Origin: Methanomethylovorans hollandica DSM 15978
Lineage (GTDB): Archaea > Halobacteriota > Methanosarcinia > Methanosarcinales > Methanosarcinaceae
Reading direction: 5' to 3'
Length of the DNA stretch: 64,000 nt
Assembly (NCBI RefSeq): GCF_000328665.1
Contig: NC_019977.1
Span: 744,001-808,000 of the forward strand
This document shows positions 31,289-42,089 of the stretch, piece by piece. The notes below the pieces were generated by a model. That model was not told where the DNA came from. It saw only the letters and a list, made by a program, of their open reading frames with translations, and ran no database searches. A program made the position numbers and the translations under genes. Every line of letters begins with the position of its first letter. The first letter of the stretch is position 1.

Positions 31289-31526
31289 TGAATTGTAGGT
31301 TTTCTAACTGCTGGTACATGTATCATTTGCTCGTGCTAAAAAATACATCTGCATGTCTGAAATATCAGATCTTTTTGCATATTGGCTGCCTAACACTTTT
31401 TGAATACAGGCAAATGCTTTAAATATCTTAATCAACAGAACATTATTGAGAGGGTTCAGATAGGCAGAATGGTGAGAGCATATCTATCGTCTTGCCCGCT
31501 TTTATCATATTCGGAGAGTGGTATAA

Positions 31527-32447
31527 ATGGCATCAACACCAATACTTACTAGTTTATATGGAATGGTGGATCAAATCATTGCATTTGCTCCAACATTAAT
31601 TGCCATAATTATTCTTTTAATAGTAGGCCTTGTAGTTGGAAAGGCAATAGGTAAGATCGGAGCCAAGTTCCTGGATAAGATAGGACTTGATGATCTGATC
31701 AACAAGACTATCATCGGGGATATGATCAAAAGGACTGGAGGACATGTTGTAGACTTCTTTGATGTGTCTATCAGATGGTTCATTTATCTGATATTTGCAA
31801 TAGTCATCATCGACCTGCTGAATATCCAGATTGTTGCAGACTTCATTGCCTCTTTAGTTCTGTACATTCCTATCATCCTGGCTGCAATGATCACATTGAT
31901 CATAGGGCTTCTTATAGTGGATTTCCTGGCAGATCTGGTACGCAATGTCGTCATTGGTATGGGAATTGATGATAAGGTAGAGAGCACACCAATGGGAGCA
32001 ACTATCACAGCAAGTGGAATGAAGACTTCCAGCATAGTTTCGGGTATTGTCCGGGTATTCGGATATCTTATATTCATACTGGCTGCACTGAACATACTCA
32101 AGCTGACCATCATAGCGAATCTCGTACAGGATGTAATCAATTATCTGCCAAATCTGTTTGTCGGTTTGCTGATATTGATAGTTGGTTTGCTTGCCATTGA
32201 CTTCTTCGCTGACTACATAGCTAATATAATGAAAGGCATGTCAGTTGAGCATGCTGATATCCTGGTCCCTGCCTTCAGAGGAATTCTTTCTCTGGTGGTT
32301 ATGCTTCTGGCCCTGGACGCTATGCTTATAGATACGGGTATATTCTACCTATTCATAGGTCCTCTTGCATGGGGTCTGGCGGTTGTTGTTGCCTTTAAGT
32401 GGGGTATCAAAGACGCAATTGTTGCCTATGCCAGGGAAAAGAAATAA
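31527..32447 (+). CDS. TM-helix repeat membrane protein (CmpX/MscS-TM-like)
   Basis: Three repeats of the pattern (Y/F)xPxxxxAxxxLxxG with hydrophobic helices. Confidence 0.8.
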   Translation: MASTPILTSLYGMVDQIIAFAPTLIAIIILLIVGLVVGKAIGKIGAKFLDKIGLDDLINKTIIGDMIKRTGGHVVDFFDVSIRWFIYLIFAIVIIDLLNIQIVADFIASLVLYIPIILAAMITLIIGLLIVDFLADLVRNVVIGMGIDDKVESTPMGATITASGMKTSSIVSGIVRVFGYLIFILAALNILKLTIIANLVQDVINYLPNLFVGLLILIVGLLAIDFFADYIANIMKGMSVEHADILVPAFRGILSLVVMLLALDAMLIDTGIFYLFIGPLAWGLAVVVAFKWGIKDAIVAYAREKK

Positions 32448-32551
32448 TCCCTGTTCTCTTTTTTTATCCCTTTTTTTCATTTATTCTTTCTGATTGTCCT
32501 TTTCACATCTTCACCCGTACATTTTAAGTGTATAAGATCTAATTGAAGCAC

Positions 32552-33694
32552 ATGTTGTCCCGTAATGTGATAGATATGCCTCCTTTTCATGTAATGGAAA
32601 TACTGGAAAGAGCACAGGAACTGGGGAGAGCCGGGAGGCACATCATACACCTGGAAATTGGGGAACCTGATTATCCTACAGCACCACATATATGTGAGGC
32701 GGTTTCTGTAGCCTTGAGTGCAGGTGAAACTAAATATACTCACAGCCAGGGTATCCCTCAACTGCGCGAGGCTATAGCTGATAATTATAACAGGAAATTT
32801 GGGCTGAACATTGAACCGGGGCAGATCATTGTGACTTCAGGGACAAGCCCTGGTATGCTATTGCTCTTCATAGCGCTGTTAGAGCGGGGAGATGAGGTGA
32901 TCATGTCCAACCCGCATTATGCATGCTATCCTAATTTTGTTCGGGCGATGCAGGCTATACCCCATTTCGTCTATACAAAAGAAGAGGATGGATTCATCCT
33001 GGAGCCTTCAGAAGTGTTCAAGGCCATAAATTCCAAAACCAAAGCCATACTTATCAATTCTCCTTGCAATCCCACTGGCCAGGTAATGACAGCAAAGCAG
33101 CTCGTGGAGCTGGCAGCGATAGCTGCAGATGTGCCTATTATATCTGACGAGATATACCAGGGATTGGTCTATGAGGGTGAGGACCATACCATCCTTGAAT
33201 ATACGGATAATGCCTTTGTGCTCAACGGTTTTTCTAAACTGTATGCTATGACAGGCTGGCGATTAGGGTATCTGATAATCCCAAAACAATATGTGCGCAC
33301 ATTGCAGAAGGTCCAGCAAAATTTCTTCATATCTACTAACTCTTTTGTTCAGCATGCTGGTGTGGCTGCACTTACAGGTCCTCAGGACCAGGTGCTTGAA
33401 ATGGTCAGAACCTATGACAAACGCAGGCGTTACATGCTTAAGAGGATCAGAGACATAGGAATGAAAGTAAGAACACCGCCTATGGGCGCTTACTATATAC
33501 TGGCAGATGCGCGCCAGTATGGCACAAGTTCACTGGAACTTAGCTGGCGGATCCTGGAAGAAACTGGAGTTGCAGTTACGCCGGGAATTGATTTTGGTGA
33601 AGGGGCCGAAGGTTATCTGAGATTTTCATATGCTAACAGTATTGAGAATATCTCAGAAGGTATGGACAGGCTTGAAAAGTATCTGAATGGCTGA
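32552..33694 (+). CDS. PLP-dependent class I/II aminotransferase
   Basis: IGEPD, NSPCNPTG, DEIY and FSKLYAMTGWRLG motifs. Confidence 0.93.
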   Translation: MLSRNVIDMPPFHVMEILERAQELGRAGRHIIHLEIGEPDYPTAPHICEAVSVALSAGETKYTHSQGIPQLREAIADNYNRKFGLNIEPGQIIVTSGTSPGMLLLFIALLERGDEVIMSNPHYACYPNFVRAMQAIPHFVYTKEEDGFILEPSEVFKAINSKTKAILINSPCNPTGQVMTAKQLVELAAIAADVPIISDEIYQGLVYEGEDHTILEYTDNAFVLNGFSKLYAMTGWRLGYLIIPKQYVRTLQKVQQNFFISTNSFVQHAGVAALTGPQDQVLEMVRTYDKRRRYMLKRIRDIGMKVRTPPMGAYYILADARQYGTSSLELSWRILEETGVAVTPGIDFGEGAEGYLRFSYANSIENISEGMDRLEKYLNG

Positions 33695-33873
33695 ACATCC
33701 GCTCAGTTGTCATCCTTTTTCGGGACAAATGCCTTCAAAAAGTATCCCTTCTTTCTTACTCTATAGTATCATGTCCTCTTTTTTAGTTAGTATATAAGCA
33801 AATCGCTATACTTAAATAGTAATGCAACTCTCATTCCAAATGTTATTAGCTTATCAAGATAAGGTAATTCCCC

Positions 33874-34371
33874 ATGACAACTGAACGAACTGAAGACTAT
33901 TTGAAAGCAATTGAGAAAATAATCGAAAAAAAAGGTTATGCTCAGGTAAAAGATGTGTCCAGAGAACTAGAGCTAAGCTCACCCAGTGTCACAGGCATGT
34001 TCAAGAAGCTTACTAAGATGGGGTACATCAATTATGAGAAATATGGTGGGGTCACACTTACCGCTGAAGGCGAAAGGATAGCAAAGAAAACAATGGAAAA
34101 ACATAGCACTATCAGGGATTTTCTGTTGATAATAGGTCTTGATGAAGAAATAGCTAATCACGATGCGTGCAGGATAGAGCATATACTCACTCCCCAAACC
34201 TTCGACAGGTTCACAAAATTTGTGGAATTTATGAACTTCAATCACGAATTGCCTTTATGCCTTGACCACTTCAAATATTTCTATGAAACAGGTGAAAACA
34301 TCGATTGCACTCTTTCTTCACGGGGTCAGTGCCCTGTTCATGGTAAAGAGTACAAGACTGATCAGAAATGA
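33874..34371 (+). CDS. DtxR/MntR family metal-dependent regulator
   Basis: EDYLK, SPSVTGM..KL, YEKY.GV.LT and DACRIEH motifs; upstream of feoAB. Confidence 0.92.
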   Translation: MTTERTEDYLKAIEKIIEKKGYAQVKDVSRELELSSPSVTGMFKKLTKMGYINYEKYGGVTLTAEGERIAKKTMEKHSTIRDFLLIIGLDEEIANHDACRIEHILTPQTFDRFTKFVEFMNFNHELPLCLDHFKYFYETGENIDCTLSSRGQCPVHGKEYKTDQK

Positions 34372-34439
34372 TGCTTTGAGTGCTATTCTACATTGTTGTA
34401 TTATCCAGTATCTGTTTCAATTATAATGTTTTTGTGTAC

Positions 34440-34456
34440 TTAACTATATTAGCTAA
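34440..34456. promoter_or_regulatory. Candidate DtxR-type operator upstream of feoA
   Basis: Imperfect palindrome TTAACTATATTAGCTAA (6 of 8 pairs). Confidence 0.35.
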
Positions 34457-34528
34457 TCCGAAATTGCTATATATCTAGAACCATGTTTAATGCTCAAAAA
34501 TAGCAGCTTTGTAAAAAAGGGAACTATA

Positions 34529-34768
34529 ATGGTGGAAAGTACACTTAATGATCTCCTGCCTGGGGAAAAGGCAAGAATAATCAAAGTTCTTGCTAAAGGT
34601 ACGGTAAGAAGGAAACTCATGGATATGGGGATGGTCCCTGGTTCAGAAATAGAGGTAGTAAGAACTGCACCTCTGGGTGATCCCATTGAGTTCCGCATTA
34701 AAGGTTACAGTCTTTCCATGAGGAGGCAAGAAGCTGTGAACATTGTGGTAGAGACTATTATTGCATAA
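34529..34768 (+). CDS. feoA: Ferrous iron transport protein A
   Basis: RRKLMDMGMVPG...APLGDPI...LSMR motifs; ATG at 34529. Confidence 0.93.
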   Translation: MVESTLNDLLPGEKARIIKVLAKGTVRRKLMDMGMVPGSEIEVVRTAPLGDPIEFRIKGYSLSMRRQEAVNIVVETIIA

Positions 34769-34845
34769 TCTCGTGCAGCAGGATATTTTATAATGAAGTT
34801 AAAACGCTTTTTTGTGTGTTTCTATTGATCTATGATGGGGAGACA

Positions 34846-36840
34846 ATGGCAGATAACAGGATAAGAGTAGCTCTTACAGGTAATCCTAATGTGGGGAAGA
34901 CCACTCTTTTCAATGTGATAACCGGCTCCAGGCAGCATGTGGGCAACTGGCCGGGTGTGACAGTTGAAAAGAAAAGCGGTTTTAAGATATACAAAGGATA
35001 TGAAATAGAGGTCATAGATCTTCCCGGAACTTACAGCCTTACTGCTTATTCTCTGGATGAGGTTGTAGCCAGGGACTTCATTGTTGATGAAAAGCCCGAT
35101 GTAGTGGTACAGATTGTGGATGCTACCAATATCGAGAGAAACTTGTATCTGACCACACAACTCATGGAACTGGGTTCAAAAATGATCATTGCCCTTAATA
35201 TGTATGATCTGGCAGAAGAAAGGGGAGACAAGCTACATGTAGAGAAAATGGAAAAGATCCTTGCCATGCCTGTCGTTCTAACCATCGCAAGCGACAACGT
35301 AGGTATATATGAACTTCTGGACACCGTGATAGCTGAAAAGCAAAAGGAAAACTATCATAGCCGGGAAATAGGTTATGGTGATGAGATCGAATCCAGGATA
35401 ATAGAATTAGAGAAGGTGCTTTCTCAGGACAAGGGACTTGCTTCAAGGTATCCTTTAAGGTGGCTGGCTGTAAGGTTACTGGATGGGGATGAGAATATCC
35501 TGCGTAAGATCGCCGGAAGTAGTGTAGCCCCGGAGATAAAAAGCATCCTTTCGAGACTGGACATTGAAGAATATGAAGCTTTGATGGCAGACAAAAGATA
35601 TGAGGTCATAAGTGCCATGTTCCCTCAGATGTGCGAACGCTGTATGACGCGTATGACAACTTCGGATATGATCGATCGTGTCATGACCAATAAGTATCTG
35701 GGTATTCCTATATTCCTCGCTCTTATGTGGGGTGCCTTTGAACTTACTTTCAGTTTTGCAAACCCCTTTATGGCTATTATTGAACTGATCTTTGTATGGT
35801 TGGGGGAAGTGACTGCAGTTCATGTTCGTCCGGAATGGCTTGCATCACTGATAGGGGAGGGTATTATTGGAGGTGTAGGCTCAGTTTTCTCGTTCATACC
35901 CAATATCTTCATCCTTTTCTTCCTGCTTTCTATGCTTGAGGATAGCGGCTATCTGGCCCGGGCTGCTTTTATCGTGGACAGGGTCATGTATAAGATCGGA
36001 TTGCAGGGCAAGTCATTTATTCCGATGCTGCTTGGTTTTGGGTGCAATGTACCTGCTATCATGTCTACTCGCAGCATAGAGGATCGCATGGATCGGATGG
36101 CCACTATTATGGTGGTCCCTTTCATTTCCTGCGGGGCAAGATTGCCTATTTATATACTGTTTGCAGGTACTTTCTTCAGTAAAAATGCCGGAACAGTTAT
36201 CTTTTGCATATATCTGCTGGGTATACTTGTAGCTGTGGCTTCTGCAAAGCTATTGCGCACCACCGCTCTTAAAGGCCATCCGGCTCCATTCATCCTGGAA
36301 CTTCCACCATACAGGGTCCCAACTTTAAAGAACAGTATAAATCATATGTGGGACAATGGTTCGATGTATATTAGAAAAGCAGGGACTATTATCCTGGGGG
36401 GTTCTGTTGTTATATGGCTGCTAGCTGCCTTGCCATGGGGAGTTGAATATGGCAGTGAGGACAGTTTTATAGGCATTATAGGACATGCTATTCAGCCTCT
36501 TCTTGATCCTCTTGGCTTTGACTGGAAGATCTCTGTATCTCTGCTATTTGGATTCGTGGCCAAGGAGATAGTTGTGGCATCTTTGGGTGTGTTATATGGG
36601 GTTGGTGATGATCAGCTTGCTCTTACAGACAGCTTGCTTGCTGATCCCAATATGTATAGTATCACAGCACTGAGCATAATGGTTTTCAGTCTGTTGTATA
36701 TGCCCTGTGTGGCAGTGGTTGGGATCATCAAAAAAGAGACCGGATCATGGAAATGGACTGCTTTTTCCGTAGTTTATGGATTAGTCGTTGCCTGGATATT
36801 GGCCTTTGTAGTGTTCCAGGGAGGAAAGTTGCTTAATTGA
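34846..36840 (+). CDS. feoB: Ferrous iron transport protein B
   Basis: GNPNVGKTT, VGNWPGVTVE, DLPGTYSL, GFGCNVPA and LYMPC motifs. Confidence 0.96.
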   Translation: MADNRIRVALTGNPNVGKTTLFNVITGSRQHVGNWPGVTVEKKSGFKIYKGYEIEVIDLPGTYSLTAYSLDEVVARDFIVDEKPDVVVQIVDATNIERNLYLTTQLMELGSKMIIALNMYDLAEERGDKLHVEKMEKILAMPVVLTIASDNVGIYELLDTVIAEKQKENYHSREIGYGDEIESRIIELEKVLSQDKGLASRYPLRWLAVRLLDGDENILRKIAGSSVAPEIKSILSRLDIEEYEALMADKRYEVISAMFPQMCERCMTRMTTSDMIDRVMTNKYLGIPIFLALMWGAFELTFSFANPFMAIIELIFVWLGEVTAVHVRPEWLASLIGEGIIGGVGSVFSFIPNIFILFFLLSMLEDSGYLARAAFIVDRVMYKIGLQGKSFIPMLLGFGCNVPAIMSTRSIEDRMDRMATIMVVPFISCGARLPIYILFAGTFFSKNAGTVIFCIYLLGILVAVASAKLLRTTALKGHPAPFILELPPYRVPTLKNSINHMWDNGSMYIRKAGTIILGGSVVIWLLAALPWGVEYGSEDSFIGIIGHAIQPLLDPLGFDWKISVSLLFGFVAKEIVVASLGVLYGVGDDQLALTDSLLADPNMYSITALSIMVFSLLYMPCVAVVGIIKKETGSWKWTAFSVVYGLVVAWILAFVVFQGGKLLN

Positions 36841-36849
36841 GGGACATTT

Positions 36850-37329
36850 ATGGAACAATATTCAGGCATATCAAAAGATAAGATGCGATTTGCATTCCTT
36901 AATGGCTTCCTTTATGTACTCGCAGGGAGCATCCAGTTAGTTTTTAGCTTACTTACTATGTTTAATCTATGCTCGGTCAATTCCTTTGAAAACGGTCTTA
37001 TTGGGATACTCTTTGCTCCTTCAGATCTGATGGGCAGTTTGATACTGGTGCTTATTGGCAGTGTTTTTATTTACGGTTTAATGGAAATGAGGAATGGATT
37101 AGATGAAGGCATTGCTTATGTATACGTGGGTATACTTATCTCACTACTATTTGCAATGGTCTATGTACTTGTGATAGCAGGTAACTGGATGGAAATGTAC
37201 CTGTTAAATGTTCCGCAAATCAGCTACTGGGATATTTTATATGATCTCAGGCCAGCAATATATCTTGGGATACTGCCATTATGCGGATACCTTATATGGA
37301 AAAAAGAATTCAGGACTATGAACAAGTAA
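36850..37329 (+). CDS. Hypothetical membrane protein in the feo operon
   Basis: About four hydrophobic helices; starts 9 nt after feoB. Confidence 0.75.
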   Translation: MEQYSGISKDKMRFAFLNGFLYVLAGSIQLVFSLLTMFNLCSVNSFENGLIGILFAPSDLMGSLILVLIGSVFIYGLMEMRNGLDEGIAYVYVGILISLLFAMVYVLVIAGNWMEMYLLNVPQISYWDILYDLRPAIYLGILPLCGYLIWKKEFRTMNK

Positions 37330-37343
37330 ATCAGGGAATTTAC

Positions 37344-37601
37344 ATGATCTCCGAGATATTGAGGTATATATTTGTTGAGAGGATGTCACTGAACGAAACT
37401 GCTGATATGATGGGTATGTCAGGACAACAGTTAAAAGACAGGATAATGACACTGGAACAGATGGGGTATATCAGAAAGGCAAATACAACTGTTTCTCACG
37501 AATGTGGTTCGTGTGCTTCGTGCAATGCATGTAGCACTGATTTTGGAACCGTTCAATATATGATTACTGATAAGGGTTCAAAGCTAATTGAAAAAACTTA
37601 A
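37344..37601 (+). CDS. FeoC-like wHTH protein with Cys cluster
   Basis: HTH ending in LEQMGYI, then CGSCASCNAC; ATG at 37344. Confidence 0.75.
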   Translation: MISEILRYIFVERMSLNETADMMGMSGQQLKDRIMTLEQMGYIRKANTTVSHECGSCASCNACSTDFGTVQYMITDKGSKLIEKT

Positions 37602-37838
37602 ATCTTTTTATTTTTATATATGAAGCAGGCTGACACTCATACTATATTAAGATATGTAGTTACTGACAAGATTTGGCAGTATTCTTATGGTAGATTTGTC
37701 ATTAATCATAATATATTACTTTCTTTTTCGGCAGAGGGATAAACCCGTCTGTTTTTTCTAGGATGTGATGTAAAAGAATATATAGTTCTCTACGAGAAAA
37801 CAAATCATTTATAAGAACGAGTATCCAGAGGAATAAAA

Positions 37839-39455
37839 ATGAGACTAGGTGTTGCAGTAGATATAGGAACCAGTGGGATCCGTGCACAGAAGGTCGATCT
37901 TGATTCAGGGGAAATAAAGAAAACAGTTATTACACTGAGAAATCCCCTGCCTGGTGCAAACATCATGGACCATCTGGATTTTGCTATTAATTATGGGCAG
38001 GATCTTGCACACGGACTCCATGTGAATGCGGTACGGAAGGTCATCGAGCAGCTTGGGATCAAACCAGAGGAACTTGAAAGGTTGGCTATTTGCGGTAACC
38101 CTATTCAGTTATCGATTTTCCAGGGCATACCCATTGATGACCTTGCATACGCAGGTGAAAGGAAAAAGGAAAAACTGAATATCAAAGAGCAAAAAAGAGA
38201 TGCAGCTATCTTAAATTGCAGTGATGTACCTGGTCTTGAGGTCTATCCTAATGCAACTCTGAGGGTTCCTCCGGCCATAAGGCATGAAATAGGTGCGGAT
38301 GCTCTTGCTCTCATAATTAAATCCGGGTTTCTGGAAACTACTGATATTGCCATAGCTACTGACTATGGAACTAATGCCGAGATGGCTCTGATTGTTAATG
38401 GTACAATCTATACTGGTTCCGCAGCAGCAGGTCCTGCGCTTGAAGGTCAGCAGATAACTCATGGGAAGCTTGCTTCTCCCTTTGTGATATCTGATGTGGA
38501 GTTTGAGGATGGCAATCTAAGGAACTATGTGCTTGATGAAGAAATGAACACAATAAAAGCAAAACTGGTGGACCCAAAGAGTGGAGAGGTAGTTGAAGAT
38601 CATCCGCTCAAAGCCAAGGGGATAACCGGAACTGGTGTTATAGCGGTCGTTGATGCTGGTATGAAGGCAGGTGTAATACAACTGCCCAAGATCAATACTC
38701 CTGACCATATTCTCCACTTGCAGGATAAGGTAAAGTTCTTCGAGCAGGATGTGAGTGAAGCAGGACTTGCCATGGGTGCTCTTCGTGCTGGCCATCTTGC
38801 TCTCTGTAAGGCTGCAGGTATCGAAGTAAGTGATATACGCAAAGCATACATGTCCGGTGCCGCAGGAACATATATGGATGCGGTCAAGGCTCATCATGTA
38901 GGCATGGTACCCTTCAATGTGGATGAAGTGATACAAATTGGTAACACTTCACTTTCTGTTGCCAAGGATATACTGCTTTCAGAGGAGAGGCTCTGGGAAC
39001 TGCAGGACATCGCAAGAAAGATCCTGAGCAATCATGTAATGTTCGCAACAGACCCGGCTTTTAAGGATGCATACATCCAGGAAATATCCTACTGGACCGA
39101 AGGTATGCCCTTCAAGATGCTCCAGAAGATACTCAAGAAAAAAGGCTTGCCTATCATAGAAGAGGCTTCAAAGACGGTTAAAGTGGACAGGCGTGTGCAG
39201 AGAGATATACCTGTACTGGGGGAGGAAGGTCTTGAAGTGCTGGAACAGGTGGGCACTTATCTTACTATGAAAGTGGAATGCCCGGAGTGCAAGAAATGTA
39301 TAAAGGTCTGCCCGACAGATGCTATTTCCATAGATGATGAAGGCGTTGTGATGATAAGATCTGATCTATGTGATGGCTCAAATTGCAAGAGGTGCATCAG
39401 GGCATGCCCGCCGGATCAATTCCAGTGGAAGAACCTGAAGGTAATGGAGATCTGA
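37839..39455 (+). CDS. Corrinoid protein reductive activase (RamA/RamM family)
   Basis: ASKHA motifs DIGTSG, DYGTNAE and GSAAAGPALEG; two C-terminal 4Fe-4S motifs. Confidence 0.93.
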   Translation: MRLGVAVDIGTSGIRAQKVDLDSGEIKKTVITLRNPLPGANIMDHLDFAINYGQDLAHGLHVNAVRKVIEQLGIKPEELERLAICGNPIQLSIFQGIPIDDLAYAGERKKEKLNIKEQKRDAAILNCSDVPGLEVYPNATLRVPPAIRHEIGADALALIIKSGFLETTDIAIATDYGTNAEMALIVNGTIYTGSAAAGPALEGQQITHGKLASPFVISDVEFEDGNLRNYVLDEEMNTIKAKLVDPKSGEVVEDHPLKAKGITGTGVIAVVDAGMKAGVIQLPKINTPDHILHLQDKVKFFEQDVSEAGLAMGALRAGHLALCKAAGIEVSDIRKAYMSGAAGTYMDAVKAHHVGMVPFNVDEVIQIGNTSLSVAKDILLSEERLWELQDIARKILSNHVMFATDPAFKDAYIQEISYWTEGMPFKMLQKILKKKGLPIIEEASKTVKVDRRVQRDIPVLGEEGLEVLEQVGTYLTMKVECPECKKCIKVCPTDAISIDDEGVVMIRSDLCDGSNCKRCIRACPPDQFQWKNLKVMEI

Positions 39456-39488
39456 TACTCCATTTCTCTTTTTATGGATGGTATTCCA

Positions 39489-40589
39489 ATGAGGGTAATA
39501 GTTATAGGTGGATTTCTGGGAAGCGGCAAGACCTCTACTATCATACGACTTGGTACAGAACTCAGTGCGCTGGGTAAAAAGGTCGCTATCATTGTTAACG
39601 AGATAGGTGAGATAGGGATCGATGGAGATATTATTTCTAAATATGGGCTTGACACCACTGAACTTACCAGTGGCTGCATCTGCTGTAGTCTTAAAGTGAA
39701 CATGAAGATAACTATCTCTCTACTCATGAAGGATTTCCAGCCGGATATTTTACTTATCGAACCAACTGGTATCGCTTTCCCTCAGGTGATCAAAAATGAG
39801 ATCAATCTTATGGATCTGAAAGGGACGGTAGTTGCACCGTTGGTAACGCTCATCGATGGCAGCAGGTTCAAGCAGCTCATGAAGGAAGTAAAACATTTCT
39901 CTATGAGGCAGATCATTGATGCAGAGGTCATGGGGATCAATAAGATCGACCTTATGGAACCACGTCAGATCCCTATTGTTGAGGCCTCGGTACAGCAGCT
40001 TAATCCAAAGGCAAGTGTTATCCGGCTTTCTACAAAGCTGCAGGATGAACATTGGTATGATTTTATCAGGTTGATATTAGAAGAAGATACAACAGGAACA
40101 ATTGCAGGTGCGCTTCGTACCGTAAGTCCGCAACTGCAGGCAATTGAAGGAGAACAGGATTCTGATGAGAGCATGGATTCCATAGAAGCTTCAGGTATCA
40201 GCAGTTATGCAACGGAGTTCATTGTGGATGGTGGGAATATACTCCCGGATGTTGCCCAGACTGTTGTGCAGGATACTATGGGATTGATCAAATCCAGGGT
40301 TATGGAACACAGTCCTGAGTTTGTTGGTCACATCAAGATGTTTCTGGAAAATGGTAGTGAGACAATCAAAATGAACATTACGGCCTATTACGAGGAACCG
40401 GTCATGGAACTCATAAGTTCGAGGACCGAGGTGCCAAGGTTCAAGATATTGTCTGCTGTTTCCAACATTGATAACACTGCTTTGATAGATCTCGTTGATT
40501 CCAGTGTTGTCGAAGCATTTGCTTTAAAAGGCATAAAAGTCCACAAAAAAAGTGACAAGCATAAACATCACGTTTCTTTGAGCTTATAA
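39489..40589 (+). CDS. COG0523/CobW-like G3E GTPase
   Basis: GGFLGSGKT, NEIGE, GCICC, EPTG and NKID motifs; C-terminal GHIK domain and His-containing tail. Confidence 0.9.
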   Translation: MRVIVIGGFLGSGKTSTIIRLGTELSALGKKVAIIVNEIGEIGIDGDIISKYGLDTTELTSGCICCSLKVNMKITISLLMKDFQPDILLIEPTGIAFPQVIKNEINLMDLKGTVVAPLVTLIDGSRFKQLMKEVKHFSMRQIIDAEVMGINKIDLMEPRQIPIVEASVQQLNPKASVIRLSTKLQDEHWYDFIRLILEEDTTGTIAGALRTVSPQLQAIEGEQDSDESMDSIEASGISSYATEFIVDGGNILPDVAQTVVQDTMGLIKSRVMEHSPEFVGHIKMFLENGSETIKMNITAYYEEPVMELISSRTEVPRFKILSAVSNIDNTALIDLVDSSVVEAFALKGIKVHKKSDKHKHHVSLSL

Positions 40590-41311
40590 TGTTAGGATGA
40601 AGCATTATAAGCTCACAACACTTCTTATTTTTATGCATTTGTATTTACAAAAAATATCTCTGTATCCAAACCTTCTACTTTTTATATTAGTATGTTTTCC
40701 CTAACAAAAAGCACAGAAAAAATGTAGTATATATTCTTTTTGGTATGGTCTCTTTCTGGCAGTTAAAGTTAAATATACTAATATTATTTTTTGCACAGTT
40801 AATGTCAAAACAAATTCAATTAAAACTTGTATTTTTTAATACTGAATATATATAGGCTAATACGGCTCGGTTTATGTTATATATATATTAATACTAAAAT
40901 ACATTTTAAATTTGCAAATAAACGTGCTTTATTGCTTTTTTTGATAATAAATGATTAATATGGCTTAAAATAAGTAATAAAAAATTAATTTACCCTTATA
41001 TCTCTATCTAGGCTCTATTAATAGATATAATTAACATAGTACTTAATATTATTTAATTAAAATTCAAAAAAAAACTTGTATTCTCTTTATCTAGTGTAAT
41101 TATTTAAAATATGATTGCAACAAAGGCATTGACCGTAATAGTTATAAGTGGGATAATGATACTTAGTTATGTGGAAAGAAGAAAAACAGGTAGAAGATGT
41201 CAGTTGTAAGGAGAAGCTCTCATTACAGCTTAATAAGCCTGTTATCTGAATGCCACATGTTTAAGTTGCAATGCGTTCATGCATGCAACGAGACAATAAG
41301 GAGGTAAATAA
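40590..41311 (+). promoter_or_regulatory. AT-rich control region and structured 5' leader of mtaCB
   Basis: About 720 bp of non-coding DNA; TATA-like TTATAA near 41142; nested hairpin 41185-41243 and hairpin 41265-41289 before an AGGAGGT RBS. Confidence 0.6.
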
Positions 41312-42073
41312 ATGGATTTAGACCCCAGTAAAATACTAATTAGGTACAATGTGCAAATGGAGAAGGCACAGACACCTGAGGACATGGCCGCTGAGAAATA
41401 TCCAAAAGCTGAGCCAGCCAAAACAATTTCCAAGGCAATATTTGAGGGTGAAGAGGACGATGTCGTCGAAGGCCTCAAAAAAGCAGTTGCTGCCGGTGCA
41501 GACCCAATCAAGATGATTGACGATGTACTGATGCCAGGAATGAAGATTGTGACAGACCTGTATGACATTGGTGTCATATTCCTGCCAAACGTTATGATGT
41601 CTGCTGATGCAATGCTTGCAGGTATCGAATACTGTAAAGAAAAATCCGGTTCAGCCCCAACTCCAAAGGGCAAGGTTGTCTGCCACGTTGCAGAAGGTGA
41701 CGTTCACGACATTGGTAAGACCATCGTCGCAGCCCTGTTAAGAGCAGCAGGCTATGAGGTAGTTGACCTTGGACGTGATGTCCCAGTAGATGAGGTCATT
41801 GCAGCTGTCAAGAAAGAGAAGCCAATGATGCTTACCGGTACAGCACTCATGACAACAACAATGTATGCCTTTAAGGAAGTAAACGACAGGCTTCTTGAAG
41901 CTGGCATAAAAGTACCATTCCAGTGTGGTGGCGGAGCTGTGAACCAAGACTTCGTAGTCACATATGAGCTTGGTGTCTATGGCGAAGAAGCCGCAAATGC
42001 CCCACAGATGGCAGAAATGATTCTTGCTGGAAAGAGCTTGAAGCAGCTTAAAGAACACTTCCACATGCACTAA
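41312..42073 (+). CDS. mtaC: Methanol corrinoid protein
   Basis: GDVHDIGK (DxHxxG) and GTALMTTTM; directly upstream of mtaB. Confidence 0.95.
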   Translation: MDLDPSKILIRYNVQMEKAQTPEDMAAEKYPKAEPAKTISKAIFEGEEDDVVEGLKKAVAAGADPIKMIDDVLMPGMKIVTDLYDIGVIFLPNVMMSADAMLAGIEYCKEKSGSAPTPKGKVVCHVAEGDVHDIGKTIVAALLRAAGYEVVDLGRDVPVDEVIAAVKKEKPMMLTGTALMTTTMYAFKEVNDRLLEAGIKVPFQCGGGAVNQDFVVTYELGVYGEEAANAPQMAEMILAGKSLKQLKEHFHMH

Positions 42074-42089
42074 ACGAGAGGTGACAATA

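Noticed and set aside
40590..41140. Very AT-rich tract as a replication origin or CRISPR leader
   Set aside because: No ORB-like repeats, cdc6 gene or repeat-spacer array; its position fits the mtaCB control region.
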